Numbered from the stretch's first letter, positions 1 to 9,553 are shown. The stretch is 64,000 bases of DNA from an uncultured Eisenbergiella sp. (GCA_904392525.1 CAJFMW010000009.1:4522-68521), one strand, 5' to 3'. Notes: generated from the sequence alone by a model not told the origin. Numbers and translations: made by a program.

Positions 1-59
1 AGCATGGGCCTGCGGCTCCCACCTGATTGCCGCCTTCGGCGGCTGGAAAGAGAGGTACT

Positions 60-653
60 ATGATTCCTGATCTCGATACCGCACGCCGGCTTCTGGAAGA
101 AGGCTGGCAGCGCAATCCCGGCCCCTGGAAAAACCATTCCCTGACTGCCGCCCACTGTGCCAAAACCATTGCCGAACGCCTGAAGATGCGCGGCAATGAC
201 ATCGATCCGGAAAAAGCCTGTATCCTCGGCATACTCCATGACATCGGCCGAAGGGAGGGCGTCACCTGGCTCGCTCATACCATCGACGGCTACGACTATC
301 TCATGAGCCTCGGCTATGATGAACCCGCACGAATCTGCCTGACCCATTCCTTTCCGGAAAAGGACGTGAACACCTACATCGGCAGACATGATATTTCTGC
401 GGAGGATGAACAGCGCCTGATCACGCTTTTACATTCTTTTGACTACGATGATTATGACCGCCTGATTCAGCTCTGTGACAGCATTGCCATGCCGGACGGT
501 CCTGCCAGTATCATTGAACGCATGACTGATGTGAAAAACCGCTACGGCCATTATCCCCAGTCAAAATGGAACAAAAACCTGGAGCTGAAGCGTTACTTTG
601 AAGATAAAATGGGCTGCCGGGTAGAGGAAGCGGTCGGAATCAGTCCGTTGTAA
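60..653 (+). CDS. HD-domain metal-dependent phosphohydrolase
   Basis: H...LHDIG...H...H...D pattern (NHS, ILHDIGR, AHT, LTHS, LCDS); AGAGG RBS before ATG at 60. Confidence 0.85.
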   Translation: MIPDLDTARRLLEEGWQRNPGPWKNHSLTAAHCAKTIAERLKMRGNDIDPEKACILGILHDIGRREGVTWLAHTIDGYDYLMSLGYDEPARICLTHSFPEKDVNTYIGRHDISAEDEQRLITLLHSFDYDDYDRLIQLCDSIAMPDGPASIIERMTDVKNRYGHYPQSKWNKNLELKRYFEDKMGCRVEEAVGISPL

Positions 654-2031
654 CCGCGTCCGCTGCCGTTCCTGCCCCTTTAGCCAGCTGATCCCAGATC
701 TGTCTCCTGTACTCCTCTGATTCGCGGAGCCGCTGCGCCAGCCCTTCCAGTTCAATCGGGGAGCCGGCCTTTGCTCCCGGATCCTCCGGAAGCTCCGTCA
801 GGCTTCCGTACCAGTTCTCCCGGAAGGCTGAGGACTGCCAGCCTTGAAGAGGCTTCCCGGAAAAAGCGAAAATATTCCGGTAAAACAGGTGGGACAGCCC
901 GGCCTGGTGACAACAGATCAAAGGCCCCTTTTCTCCGGTATTCAGGAACAGATTTCCGTACAGCTCGGAGCGGATGCCATAATCATCCTGAATCAGACAG
1001 CGCTCATCGTCCACGCTGATGTTATAGCGAAGAATGGTTCCTTTGCACTCCCGGTTCCGGTTAATCCCCGTACAGTCCAGCCAGAAGCCGCCTTTGTTTC
1101 CATAGGTATAATTATACTGAAAAACGGTTGTTCCCGCCGTTCCCCAGTCCGTATCAAACGCCGTCCCATCGTTTTCAAACAGCCTGGTTCTGCCCACCTC
1201 ATTACGCTGAATCAGCGCATCTGATACGGCGCACACCCAGATACCGGCAATCAGCCGGGTATCCTCCAGTGTTCCAAGCGCGCCGGCGTCCAGGCAGATG
1301 TTTCCGTCAATCAATGGAGAAATGCAGTTTGCCACAATGATTCCATCACTCCCTGTACGTTCAATCCGATTTCCTCTGACCACCACATGGGTATGATGGA
1401 TGTCGTTGATAAAATCCTCCTGCTGGTTGACCCGGATTCCGCTGGTCAGCACGTCATGCACATAATTTCCGCTGATGATAATATCATGCAGATGATTTTT
1501 TTGAGAGGAACGTCCCGGCATGGTCACATAGATGCCGGAATTCCAGTACATGCTTTCGTATACCTTCCGGTTTCTTCTGTTTTCTCCCTGCACATCAAAA
1601 ATTTCGCAGTTTTCAATCACAATTCCCTGCGTAATCCCTTCCGGCTTTCCGCAGATGCAGATTCCCTGCCGCACGCCGCGCTCTTCTGCCCGGTTGGTCA
1701 CCGTTATGTTTCTGACCTGCCAGAAGCTCACACCCTCCAGATAGATGGCCGCATACGCACCGTCTCCATGGATGATGGGAGCGGCGCCTCCATTTTCTTC
1801 CTGCCTGTCTCCATACGCATCTACCGTAACAGGACATTCCGCGCTCCCCGAGCCTTTTGGATGCAGCATTCCGTGCCAGCTTCCGCCCCGTTTCAGGTAC
1901 AGGGCATCTCCCGGCTGGAATTCCTGCTCGTTGGCACGTTCCAGAGACCTCCAGGCGGTTTCAGGCGCCAGTCCCTCCCGTGCATCATCACCGTTAATAC
2001 TGTCCAGGTAAAAAATTCTTTTGGGATTCAT
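640..2031 (-). CDS. Right-handed parallel beta-helix (pectin lyase-like) protein, putative glycan-active enzyme
   Basis: YLDSINGDD...AWRSL...PGD..YLKRG N-terminus, repeated beta-helix turns (DGIIV, GIW, DGTAFDTD); no signal peptide. Confidence 0.75.
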   Translation of the reverse strand: MNPKRIFYLDSINGDDAREGLAPETAWRSLERANEQEFQPGDALYLKRGGSWHGMLHPKGSGSAECPVTVDAYGDRQEENGGAAPIIHGDGAYAAIYLEGVSFWQVRNITVTNRAEERGVRQGICICGKPEGITQGIVIENCEIFDVQGENRRNRKVYESMYWNSGIYVTMPGRSSQKNHLHDIIISGNYVHDVLTSGIRVNQQEDFINDIHHTHVVVRGNRIERTGSDGIIVANCISPLIDGNICLDAGALGTLEDTRLIAGIWVCAVSDALIQRNEVGRTRLFENDGTAFDTDWGTAGTTVFQYNYTYGNKGGFWLDCTGINRNRECKGTILRYNISVDDERCLIQDDYGIRSELYGNLFLNTGEKGPLICCHQAGLSHLFYRNIFAFSGKPLQGWQSSAFRENWYGSLTELPEDPGAKAGSPIELEGLAQRLRESEEYRRQIWDQLAKGAGTAADAVTTD

Positions 2032-3176
2032 CTCTTCTCCCTTCTACTGTTTTTGCTAACAAGCCATACAGCTGTTCTTCCCACAAGACATGCCAATCCC
2101 GTGAGCAGCAACACCCTCTTTGCCTTTTCAGCTGCCTCTTCCTTCGTTGCCGGGCAGAGCCTGTAAAAAAAATCCTTTACCGGCCTGGTCGTCCTCTCTC
2201 CCACCAGATCCCTGTAGGTAAGCAGCCTTGTTTCGTAGGCCGCAGGATTCTTTTCATGAAAAACAAATTCCCGCGCGGCCCGGTCCACACCGTCTCCGTA
2301 ATCATTAAAGCCGCAGGCCGGAGTATAACCCAGATCCACGCCAAGCCAGTTCCCCACAAAGCTGTTTTTATGGTCGTGGCCGCAGTAAACGGCAAAAATA
2401 TCGCCCCGCTCCCGGAAGCTTTCAAACTCCCGGTTATCGGAATCAGGGACGCTGACCGCCTCCTGGAGCTTTCCTTCCCTGCATTTTTCAGGGTCAGGCA
2501 CATAATATTCCCCGGCATGTGTCCGATAGGTCCGCACCGCTCCCTTCGTTTTCCGGTCGACCCGTTTCAGAAGTCTGTAGTATTCCGGCAGGGGAATATG
2601 CTGAAATACAATCCCCGGAACCGGGCCGCCGTTTTCCTGCGCGAACGTATCCCGCACACCCTTATACCAGAACAGGTCGCCGGGAGGAAGCGGCTGGTAT
2701 CCGCCCTGCGGCAGCGTCCCTCCGGTATCAAACAGATAAACTGCCATGGCAACCTTTGTCTCATCGCTGCTGCGAATCCCTATGGCAAAGGTTCCTTCCT
2801 TCGTTCCATGGTGAATTTCCTGCCCTCTTCTGTTCAGCCAGTCCACACAGCCGGGCAGGCTGCGGTAAATTTCCATCTGCTCATCGTTCTGAAGGCCGCA
2901 CTCCAGATCGTGGTTTCCAAAGGTTACGGCAAAAGGAATTTTTCTGTCCGTAACCGGCTTCATGATCCTGCGTATGGTCTCCTCCACCCGTTCTCCTTTT
3001 CCTGAAAACCGGCGGCTTGCGCCCTTGAGCTGATCCCCTGTCAGCACCACCAGATCGGGCCTGGCCTTTTCCAGCGCCGCATTCAACAAAAGCTGTGTAT
3101 CCTCCGATACATCCGGGATTTCCTGTATATCCGCAAACTGTAATATATGAAAGGTTCCGTCTTCTCTGAACTTCAT
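2028..3176 (-). CDS. Calcineurin-like metallophosphoesterase (Dcr2-like) with C-terminal membrane anchor
   Basis: FADIQ, LTGDQ, FGNHD, FQHIP, CGHDH motifs; hydrophobic C-terminal segment. Confidence 0.85.
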   Translation of the reverse strand: MKFREDGTFHILQFADIQEIPDVSEDTQLLLNAALEKARPDLVVLTGDQLKGASRRFSGKGERVEETIRRIMKPVTDRKIPFAVTFGNHDLECGLQNDEQMEIYRSLPGCVDWLNRRGQEIHHGTKEGTFAIGIRSSDETKVAMAVYLFDTGGTLPQGGYQPLPPGDLFWYKGVRDTFAQENGGPVPGIVFQHIPLPEYYRLLKRVDRKTKGAVRTYRTHAGEYYVPDPEKCREGKLQEAVSVPDSDNREFESFRERGDIFAVYCGHDHKNSFVGNWLGVDLGYTPACGFNDYGDGVDRAAREFVFHEKNPAAYETRLLTYRDLVGERTTRPVKDFFYRLCPATKEEAAEKAKRVLLLTGLACLVGRTAVWLVSKNSRREKR

Positions 3177-3366
3177 CCTGCATCCTTCCTTTCCGCTTCC
3201 ATCCGCGCACCATATACCTGGTCATTCAGAAAAAGCAGCAGAAGCTGCCGCCTTCCGCACACGGACGGCATTATCAAGAAATGAGGCATCAAACTGCCAT
3301 TTGAAGCTACCACCTTATCATAATCACATCTTTTTTCAAAAACAACAAACTACATAAAATCTTAAA

Positions 3367-3412
3367 GAAAGTTTCACATGGATTTAACTGAAAGTTTCAC
3401 ATGGATTTAACT
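3367..3412. repeat. Perfect 23-bp tandem duplication GAAAGTTTCACATGGATTTAACT x2
   Basis: Read directly at 3367-3389 and 3390-3412. Confidence 0.95.
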
Positions 3413-3441
3413 TTCCACTGAATTTCTCTTTCCAAACAGTA

Positions 3442-4386
3442 TCACATATCTCCCAGCCTTGCCGCTCCCACAATACCCGCGTCATTTCCGAATTTTGCCG
3501 GGCGCAGCAGCGTCTGCACCTTTGATGCTCTGGAATAAACCATCCGCGCGATACGTTCCTGCACCTGAGGGAGAAACAGTTCAGCCGCACCGCTGATGCC
3601 GCCGCCAATGACCAGCTCCGCAGGCTGAAGAAGGTTGATCAGATTGGTAAGGCCTTCCGCAAGAAGCTGCGCATAATTGTCACGGACTGCAAGCGCGGTT
3701 CCATCCTCCTCGCGCACCGCCTGAAAAAACAGTCTGCCGTTCAGCCGGGACACATCTCCATCCACCAGCCCGTTCAGCCGGCTGTCAGGATGCTCCTTTG
3801 CCTCTTCAGCTGCCTGTCTCACCAACGCCGATGCAGAAGCATATGCTTCAAAACATCCCCTTCTGCCACAGTTACAGTCGATTCCATCATAGCGGATTGT
3901 CATATGTCCGATTTCCCCTTCCGCAAAATTTATCCCGCGGTAGAGTTGTCCATTCAGCACAATTCCACATCCAATTCCCGTTCCCAGTGTCACCATAATA
4001 AAGGAAGAAGCGCTGCTTCTACTCAACAGATATTCCCCCCATGCCGCCAGGTTGGCGTCGTTGTCAATCAGCACCCTTTTCTTCAGCCGGGATTCCAGCA
4101 TATCCCGAAATGGAACATCAGAAAAGTTCAGATTGTTCGCATACTCAATCATCCCCGTCTGTGCATTGAAGCTTCCCGGCACACCCATGCCGACACAGGA
4201 AATCTCCTCCATCGTTAATACGTTTTTTTTCAGCAGCAGACCGATATTTCCAACCAGCTCTTCTATGTACTGTTCGGCGCCCTGCTCCGTGTCTGTGGCA
4301 AATTCCACCCGGTCCTTCAACGCAAGGCCGTCCACCAGTCCCACAGCAGTATGCGTTCCTCCCATATCTATTCCAATCTCGTACAT
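3442..4386 (-). CDS. ROK family sugar kinase (glucokinase-like)
   Basis: GIDMGGT, NDANLAAWGE, TLGTGIG, GEIGH, CNCGRRGCFE zinc motif; start placed at MYEIG. Confidence 0.9.
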   Translation of the reverse strand: MYEIGIDMGGTHTAVGLVDGLALKDRVEFATDTEQGAEQYIEELVGNIGLLLKKNVLTMEEISCVGMGVPGSFNAQTGMIEYANNLNFSDVPFRDMLESRLKKRVLIDNDANLAAWGEYLLSRSSASSFIMVTLGTGIGCGIVLNGQLYRGINFAEGEIGHMTIRYDGIDCNCGRRGCFEAYASASALVRQAAEEAKEHPDSRLNGLVDGDVSRLNGRLFFQAVREEDGTALAVRDNYAQLLAEGLTNLINLLQPAELVIGGGISGAAELFLPQVQERIARMVYSRASKVQTLLRPAKFGNDAGIVGAARLGDM

Positions 4387-4484
4387 CTTTTTCCCCTTTC
4401 TGCTGCCGTCAGGCAGCACTCCATCTTTCATCTGAGTATACTACATTTTCCTCTGACATTTCATCTGTTTTCATCAACATGACA

Positions 4485-4885
4485 TCATTCTTTTTCCGCT
4501 CCGGCAAGAACCCGCTCCGCCTCCTGTCTGGTCATAGAAAATTTTTCCCTCAGTTTTCCGATAATCCTTTCATCCGGCAGTCCCAGTTCACGGAAAAGCT
4601 CTGCCATCCCTCGTATTCCCTGTTCTAATCCCTGTTCAAGTCCCAATTCCCGGCCGATCGCAATTCCTTCCTCCTGAATTCCTTTCAGTGCTTCACACAT
4701 ATCATAGTTCTCTTCTCCGGTCCTATAGGCTTCCACATCTTCCATTAATTTTCTGTTATTGGTCATAACCGCAATCACCTCCATCGTTTCCCGATCTAGT
4801 CTCCTGTATTCATTTCTCCCGTTTATGAGTTCCTTCATCTTTTGTTTATCATTCCGATAGGGCAGAATTTCAAGTACCTCTCTCA
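4485..4885 (-). pseudogene. C-terminal fragment of an Rpn/PD-(D/E)XK 'transposase-like' nuclease; the MCEAL... portion (4485-4700) may be a standalone small ORF
   Basis: DMCEALKGIQEEG..GRELGLEQGLEQGI repeats typical of Rpn C-termini; nuclease N-terminus absent and upstream frame is antisense to the next gene. Confidence 0.65.
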
Positions 4886-4895
4886 AAGAACAGCT

Positions 4896-5450
4896 ATGAA
4901 TGAAAAAGTCATCCTCATTTCCATCGACGGTATGCGTCCGGACGGCGCGCTGGAATGCGGAAATCCCTTTGTACAGGAGCTGATGGAAACCTCCAGCTAT
5001 ACGCTGAACGGCCATTCCGTCCTTCCCACGGTCACGCTTCCCTGTCATACCTCCATGTTTTACGGCGTGCCTCCGAAGCGTCACGGCATCCTGACCAATA
5101 CCTACACCCCTCCTGTCCGTCCCGTTCCCGGAATCGCGGAACAGCTTTCCGCCGCCGGAAAGGTCTGTGCGGCCTTCCATAACTGGGAGCCCATCCGCCA
5201 CGTCTGGACGTCAGAATGTATGAAATATACCTCCTATATCCATGCATATGAGGAAGACAATTCCGATCTCATGCTCACAGAACAGGCAGCTGCCCTGATC
5301 CGCAGAAAGCAGCCGGATTTTCTTTTCATCCATATGGTGGAGACGGATGAAAAGGGAGGGCATGATCACGGCTGGATGTCCCCGGAATATCTGCAGCGGG
5401 TAAGCAATGCCTTTTCCTTTGCAGCGGGAAATAAGTGCTTTTTGACTTGA
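4896..5450 (+). pseudogene. Truncated alkaline phosphatase-superfamily (nucleotide pyrophosphatase/phosphodiesterase) gene
   Basis: ISIDGMRPD, PTVTLPCH, DEKGGH present; stops before the TADHGG motif seen in the paralogue at 6371-7147; no clear RBS. Confidence 0.7.
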
Positions 5451-5475
5451 CAGGAAGCATATGCGCTGTTATATT
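5447..5475 (+). promoter_or_regulatory. Sigma-A-type promoter of the DeoR operon
   Basis: TTGACA-17 nt-TATATT with TGn extension. Confidence 0.65.
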
Positions 5476-5513
5476 ATGTGCATATAGTTGTGTTTGTGTG
5501 GAGTTAAGTGGAT

Positions 5514-6275
5514 ATGTTTGCAAATGAAAGAAGAAATAAAATCCTGGAACTGTTAAACCGCCGTTCTTCTGTCACGGTCACAGAGCTGACCGGACTCTTC
5601 CAGGTTTCCCTGGAAACCATCCGGAGAGATCTGGAATATCTGGAGCAGCAGGGCGCGCTGAAACGGGTCCACGGCGGCGCGCTCAGCATGAAGCGGATGC
5701 AGAACTATACCGGGCTTTCCGAACGGCTTGCGGAACATCAGCCGGAGAAAAGACAGATCGCCCGCGCTGCCCTTTCCCACATCCATGAAGGAGATCGGAT
5801 CGCTCTGGATGCGGGCTCTACCACAAGTGAGCTGGCCCATCTGCTTTGTGATTCCTTTCATAAGCTCACCATTGTGACCGCTTCCCTGACCATCTTCGAG
5901 ATCCTTTCAGAGAAGCCGGGCTTTCAGGTAATCCTTACGGGAGGCTTCTATCTGCCGGATGAAAAGGCCTTTTACGGACATCTCGCACTGGATACGATCC
6001 GCCAGCTTCATGTTTCCGCTTTTTTCCATGCTCCATCAGCGCTTTCTCTGAACTTCGGCCTGAGCGAGCATGTCAAAGAACTGGCTGAGGTACAGCGGGC
6101 GCTGATTGCAAGCGCGGATCAGGTCATCGTCCTTGCAGACAGTTCCAAGTTTGAAACCTGCGCGGCGCTGAAGGTCTGTGATCTCAGCCCCCGTTTTCTT
6201 TATCTGACCGATAACGGTCTGCCTGAGGAAATCCGGGACGCCTGGAAAAAGGCTTCCCTCGATATCATAAATTAA
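5514..6275 (+). CDS. DeoR/GlpR family transcriptional regulator
   Basis: ERRNKIL...VSLETIRRDL..RVHGGA HTH; LDAGSTT and ADSSKF sensor motifs. Confidence 0.92.
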   Translation: MFANERRNKILELLNRRSSVTVTELTGLFQVSLETIRRDLEYLEQQGALKRVHGGALSMKRMQNYTGLSERLAEHQPEKRQIARAALSHIHEGDRIALDAGSTTSELAHLLCDSFHKLTIVTASLTIFEILSEKPGFQVILTGGFYLPDEKAFYGHLALDTIRQLHVSAFFHAPSALSLNFGLSEHVKELAEVQRALIASADQVIVLADSSKFETCAALKVCDLSPRFLYLTDNGLPEEIRDAWKKASLDIIN

Positions 6276-6370
6276 ATTCTGCCGTCGCCAAACAGGCGGC
6301 GCCGCTCAAAAAAGGACGGCTCTGTTCCCAAATGAGCGGATCCCGTTTTTCGGGAAGAAAGGACAAAATC

Positions 6371-7147
6371 ATGAATCGTAAAGTTCTCCTGATTCTGGCG
6401 GATGGCTTCCGCCCGGACTCACTGGCCGCCTGCGGCCATCCCTTCGCTGACCGGATGCTCACGCTTGGCAGCTACTGCCTGGACACGCTGACGGTCTGGC
6501 CCTCCGTCACCCTGCCCTGCCATATGTCGCTTTTCCACGGCGTTTCTCCGGACAGACATGGTATTCTGACCAATACCTATGTTCCTCAGGTACGGCCTGT
6601 AAACGGCCTGTGCGAACAGCTCAAGGCAGCGGGAAAGACCAGCGCATTCTTCTATGACTGGGAGGAGCTTCGGGATTTAAGCCGTCCTTCCAGCCTTTCC
6701 TACGGCTTTTTTGTCTCCGGCGACGGCTTTACATACCAGAAGGCCGATCGGATGCTCACGGAAAATGCAGCTGTTTATCTGGAAAAAGAATCGCCGGATT
6801 TCGCTTTTGTCTATCTCGGACTCACGGACAACGCCGGCCACGATTTCGGCTGGATGGGAGAAAAATATCTGGAAGCTTGCAGACAGTCCATGGAAGAGGT
6901 GGAAATGCTGGTGGATCGTTTCAAGGATGATTATACCATCATCTTCACAGCGGACCACGGCGGCCACGAACGCATCCACGGCACCAGAGAGGAAAGCGAC
7001 ATGAAAATCCCCCTCATCTGTATCGGTCCGGACTTCACTCCCGGTCCCATGGATCACACGCCCTGTATCACGGACATCGCTCCCACCATCACGAAGCTGA
7101 TCGGAGCCGCAAGCGCTCCTGAATGGGAAGGAAAAAGCCTGATATAA
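6371..7147 (+). CDS. Alkaline phosphatase-superfamily phosphodiesterase/nucleotide pyrophosphatase
   Basis: ADGFRPD, PSVTLPCH (Thr nucleophile), DNAGH, TADHGGH, DIAPT motifs. Confidence 0.88.
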   Translation: MNRKVLLILADGFRPDSLAACGHPFADRMLTLGSYCLDTLTVWPSVTLPCHMSLFHGVSPDRHGILTNTYVPQVRPVNGLCEQLKAAGKTSAFFYDWEELRDLSRPSSLSYGFFVSGDGFTYQKADRMLTENAAVYLEKESPDFAFVYLGLTDNAGHDFGWMGEKYLEACRQSMEEVEMLVDRFKDDYTIIFTADHGGHERIHGTREESDMKIPLICIGPDFTPGPMDHTPCITDIAPTITKLIGAASAPEWEGKSLI

Positions 7148-7170
7148 AACACTTCAATATGGAGGCTGTC

Positions 7171-8412
7171 ATGAACGGTGCACTTACCACCGGACGGCAG
7201 AGGAACGCTTTCTGCTTCCTCTGCTGTCTGGTTTATTTTATGAGTTATCTGACGCGTATGAATTATGCCGCCTGTCTCGCGGAGATTCAGGATTCCCTTT
7301 CCCTGACCAAGAGCATCGTAAGCCTGCCGGTGACCGGAAGCTTTCTGACCTACGGGGTCGGCCAGCTCCTCTGCGGTTTTCTGGGGGACCGGTTTTCTCC
7401 CAGAAAAATGATCGCAACGGGACTGGCCGCAACCTGCGCCTGCAATCTTCTGGTCGGCCTGTTTCCCGATATCCGGCTTATCATTCCGGTCTGGTGTCTG
7501 AACGGCCTGTTCCAGTCCATGCTCTGGCCTCCCCTCGTCCGGATCATGGCCGAAACGCTGGATGAAAAGCAATATCAGAAATGCTGCGTGCAGGTTTCCA
7601 TGGCGTCCTCCGCAGGAACGATCTTCGTTTATCTGTTCGTTCCTCTGTGCATCCGCTTCGCCAGCTGGAGAGCCGCCTTTCTGTTCCCCGCCTTTGTGGG
7701 AGTGCTCACCGCTCTTGTCTGGTTTACGGGAATCGGACGGCTGCAGGCCGACGGACAGAACGCAATCCATGCCATCCATGTGGAATCCTCAGAGCAGTCC
7801 TCCGTGCGTCTGACCACGCTGCTCTTCCAGGCCGCCCTCCTGCCCGCAATGCTCGCCATCGTTCTGCACGGCATTCTCCGGGACGGGATCACCACCTGGA
7901 TGCCTGTATACATTTCGGAAACCTTCGGCCTGAGCAATTCGGTATCCATCCTGACGGCGGCGGTTCTTCCGGTGTTCAGCATTCTGAGCATCTACCTGGC
8001 CTCCGCCCTGCTGGAACGCCTCCGCAATGAGTTTACCGCCTCCGCCCTGCTTTTCGGCGCGTCGGCAGCCTGCTCCGCCCTGCTGGTATTTCTGTATCAG
8101 CACGGCCCTGTTCCCAGCGTGGTTCTGATGACCCTGACCGCCGGCTGTATGTACGGCATCAACCTGTTTCTCATCAGCCGTCTGCCCGCCCATTTTTCCC
8201 GCTTCGGAAAGGTGGCGACGGTTTCCGGCATCCTGAACGCCTCCACCTACGTGGGAAGCGCGCTTTCCGCCTGGCTCTTCGGAATGATTTCCGATCTGTT
8301 CGGCTGGATCGCCGTCATCAGCGTGTGGATTGTCATCGCTCTCGCAGGCGCACTGATCTGCTTTGCCTTTTTCCGGAAATGGGAAAAGTTTTCTCCTCCA
8401 GAGCGCCCATAA
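7171..8412 (+). CDS. MFS transporter (sugar-phosphate/OPA-like)
   Basis: About 12 hydrophobic helices, GFLGDRFSPR motif A, YFMSYLTRMN in helix 1; GGAGG RBS. Confidence 0.88.
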   Translation: MNGALTTGRQRNAFCFLCCLVYFMSYLTRMNYAACLAEIQDSLSLTKSIVSLPVTGSFLTYGVGQLLCGFLGDRFSPRKMIATGLAATCACNLLVGLFPDIRLIIPVWCLNGLFQSMLWPPLVRIMAETLDEKQYQKCCVQVSMASSAGTIFVYLFVPLCIRFASWRAAFLFPAFVGVLTALVWFTGIGRLQADGQNAIHAIHVESSEQSSVRLTTLLFQAALLPAMLAIVLHGILRDGITTWMPVYISETFGLSNSVSILTAAVLPVFSILSIYLASALLERLRNEFTASALLFGASAACSALLVFLYQHGPVPSVVLMTLTAGCMYGINLFLISRLPAHFSRFGKVATVSGILNASTYVGSALSAWLFGMISDLFGWIAVISVWIVIALAGALICFAFFRKWEKFSPPERP

Positions 8413-9217
8413 AATCCACATACCAGGGCAGCGCGCGCTCCGGCTCCGGAAGCTCCGGGTGCCAGCGCTTTTCCCATTCAAAGGAATACAAGCCCGTATA
8501 CCCATCCGCCTGCAGCTGTTTTATCATCTCCTTCAGCGGCAGCACGCCCTCTCCCGGAAGGCACAGCTTCGGCTTTCCATCCACCAGCACACAGTCCTTC
8601 AGGTGCACATGGCGGATGCGGGAGCGCAGGGCCTCATAAAAAGGAAGAAAATTTTCTCCATGCCAGAGCCAGCTGTGATATACATCCCAGATCAGGCCGA
8701 ATCCCGGCTCGTTTTCTAACGCCTCGCACAGCTGGTTCAGAACCGGCAGGGAATTGAAATCCCCGTGGATTTCCAGAAGCACCTGAACCGGATCGGAAGG
8801 CCGCAGAGAAGAAGCGTAATCGCACAACGAGGCGATACCTTCCTCCACGCGGTGCATTACGGCTTCCTTCGGTTCTCCTTCCGGAAACGTGTTGCCGAAT
8901 ACCCGTATGAACGGGATTCCCAATTCGGTGCACAGATGCAGCGCCAGACGCCCTTCCTCCAGCGCCTCCTCGTACTTTTCTGCATCATGAAACTGCACCG
9001 ACGTGCCTGCCCCGCACAGCTTTATCTGATTTTTCTCCAGCAGGCATTTAAGCGCGCTGCGGTTTTCCGGCCGCATGCATTCCAGCTCTTCCATGCGAAG
9101 CTGATTTCCCACGCCGCGCAGCTCTACCGCTTCATATCCCATCTCATGTGCATTTTTTATGATCTGCTCAAAACTCCATTCCGGACATCCCAGCGTTGAA
9201 AACGAAAGTCTCATCAT
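8333..9217 (-). CDS. Sugar phosphate isomerase/epimerase (xylose isomerase-like TIM barrel)
   Basis: FSTLGCPEW, LEIHG, WDVYH, HVHLKD, SFEWE metal-binding motifs. Confidence 0.88.
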   Translation of the reverse strand: MMRLSFSTLGCPEWSFEQIIKNAHEMGYEAVELRGVGNQLRMEELECMRPENRSALKCLLEKNQIKLCGAGTSVQFHDAEKYEEALEEGRLALHLCTELGIPFIRVFGNTFPEGEPKEAVMHRVEEGIASLCDYASSLRPSDPVQVLLEIHGDFNSLPVLNQLCEALENEPGFGLIWDVYHSWLWHGENFLPFYEALRSRIRHVHLKDCVLVDGKPKLCLPGEGVLPLKEMIKQLQADGYTGLYSFEWEKRWHPELPEPERALPWYVDFMGALEEKTFPISGKRQSRSVRLRER

Positions 9218-9227
9218 AATCCTCATT

Positions 9228-9354
9228 CCGGAGCGTAAGCGACGGGGCGAAGAGAAATCGCGAATGCGATTTCTCTTCTGCCATCAAAGCAATTTGTGAC
9301 GCTCCGGCACAAATTGCCATGTGAAAAATAAGCCATCGGGCTTATTTTTCACAT
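9228..9354 (-). ncRNA. Structured three-hairpin/pseudoknot element, copy A (ncRNA leader or non-autonomous mobile repeat)
   Basis: Perfect stems 9249-9278 (13 bp), 9289-9317 (10 bp), 9319-9354 (16 bp); loop 9299-9307 is complementary to 9228-9236. Confidence 0.7.
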
Positions 9355-9553
9355 TAACCCTCCATTCCAAATTCCTATCTCTATCTTTTCATACCTGTCT
9401 GCGAATTGCAACGTCCGTTTTCCCCTTTATTCTTCTCTTTCTGCTCTGGTAAAAATAAATTTCCTGTGCTATACTTGCGTGAACGCGCCTTTTTTCGGAA
9501 GGCAAAGGAACCGCAGGAACAAATATACCAAATATACACAGGAGTTTCTTCAT

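Noticed and set aside
4886-5201. N-terminal part of the 238-aa minus-strand ORF as a real protein
   Set aside because: It is antisense to the phosphodiesterase fragment; only the part below ~4885 looks Rpn-like
9228-9354. The structured element as a known riboswitch, T-box or simple terminator
   Set aside because: I recognise no TPP, SAM, FMN, cobalamin, purine or T-box consensus, there is no U-tract after the hairpins in the sense direction, and the same fold precedes unrelated genes; an Rfam search is still needed
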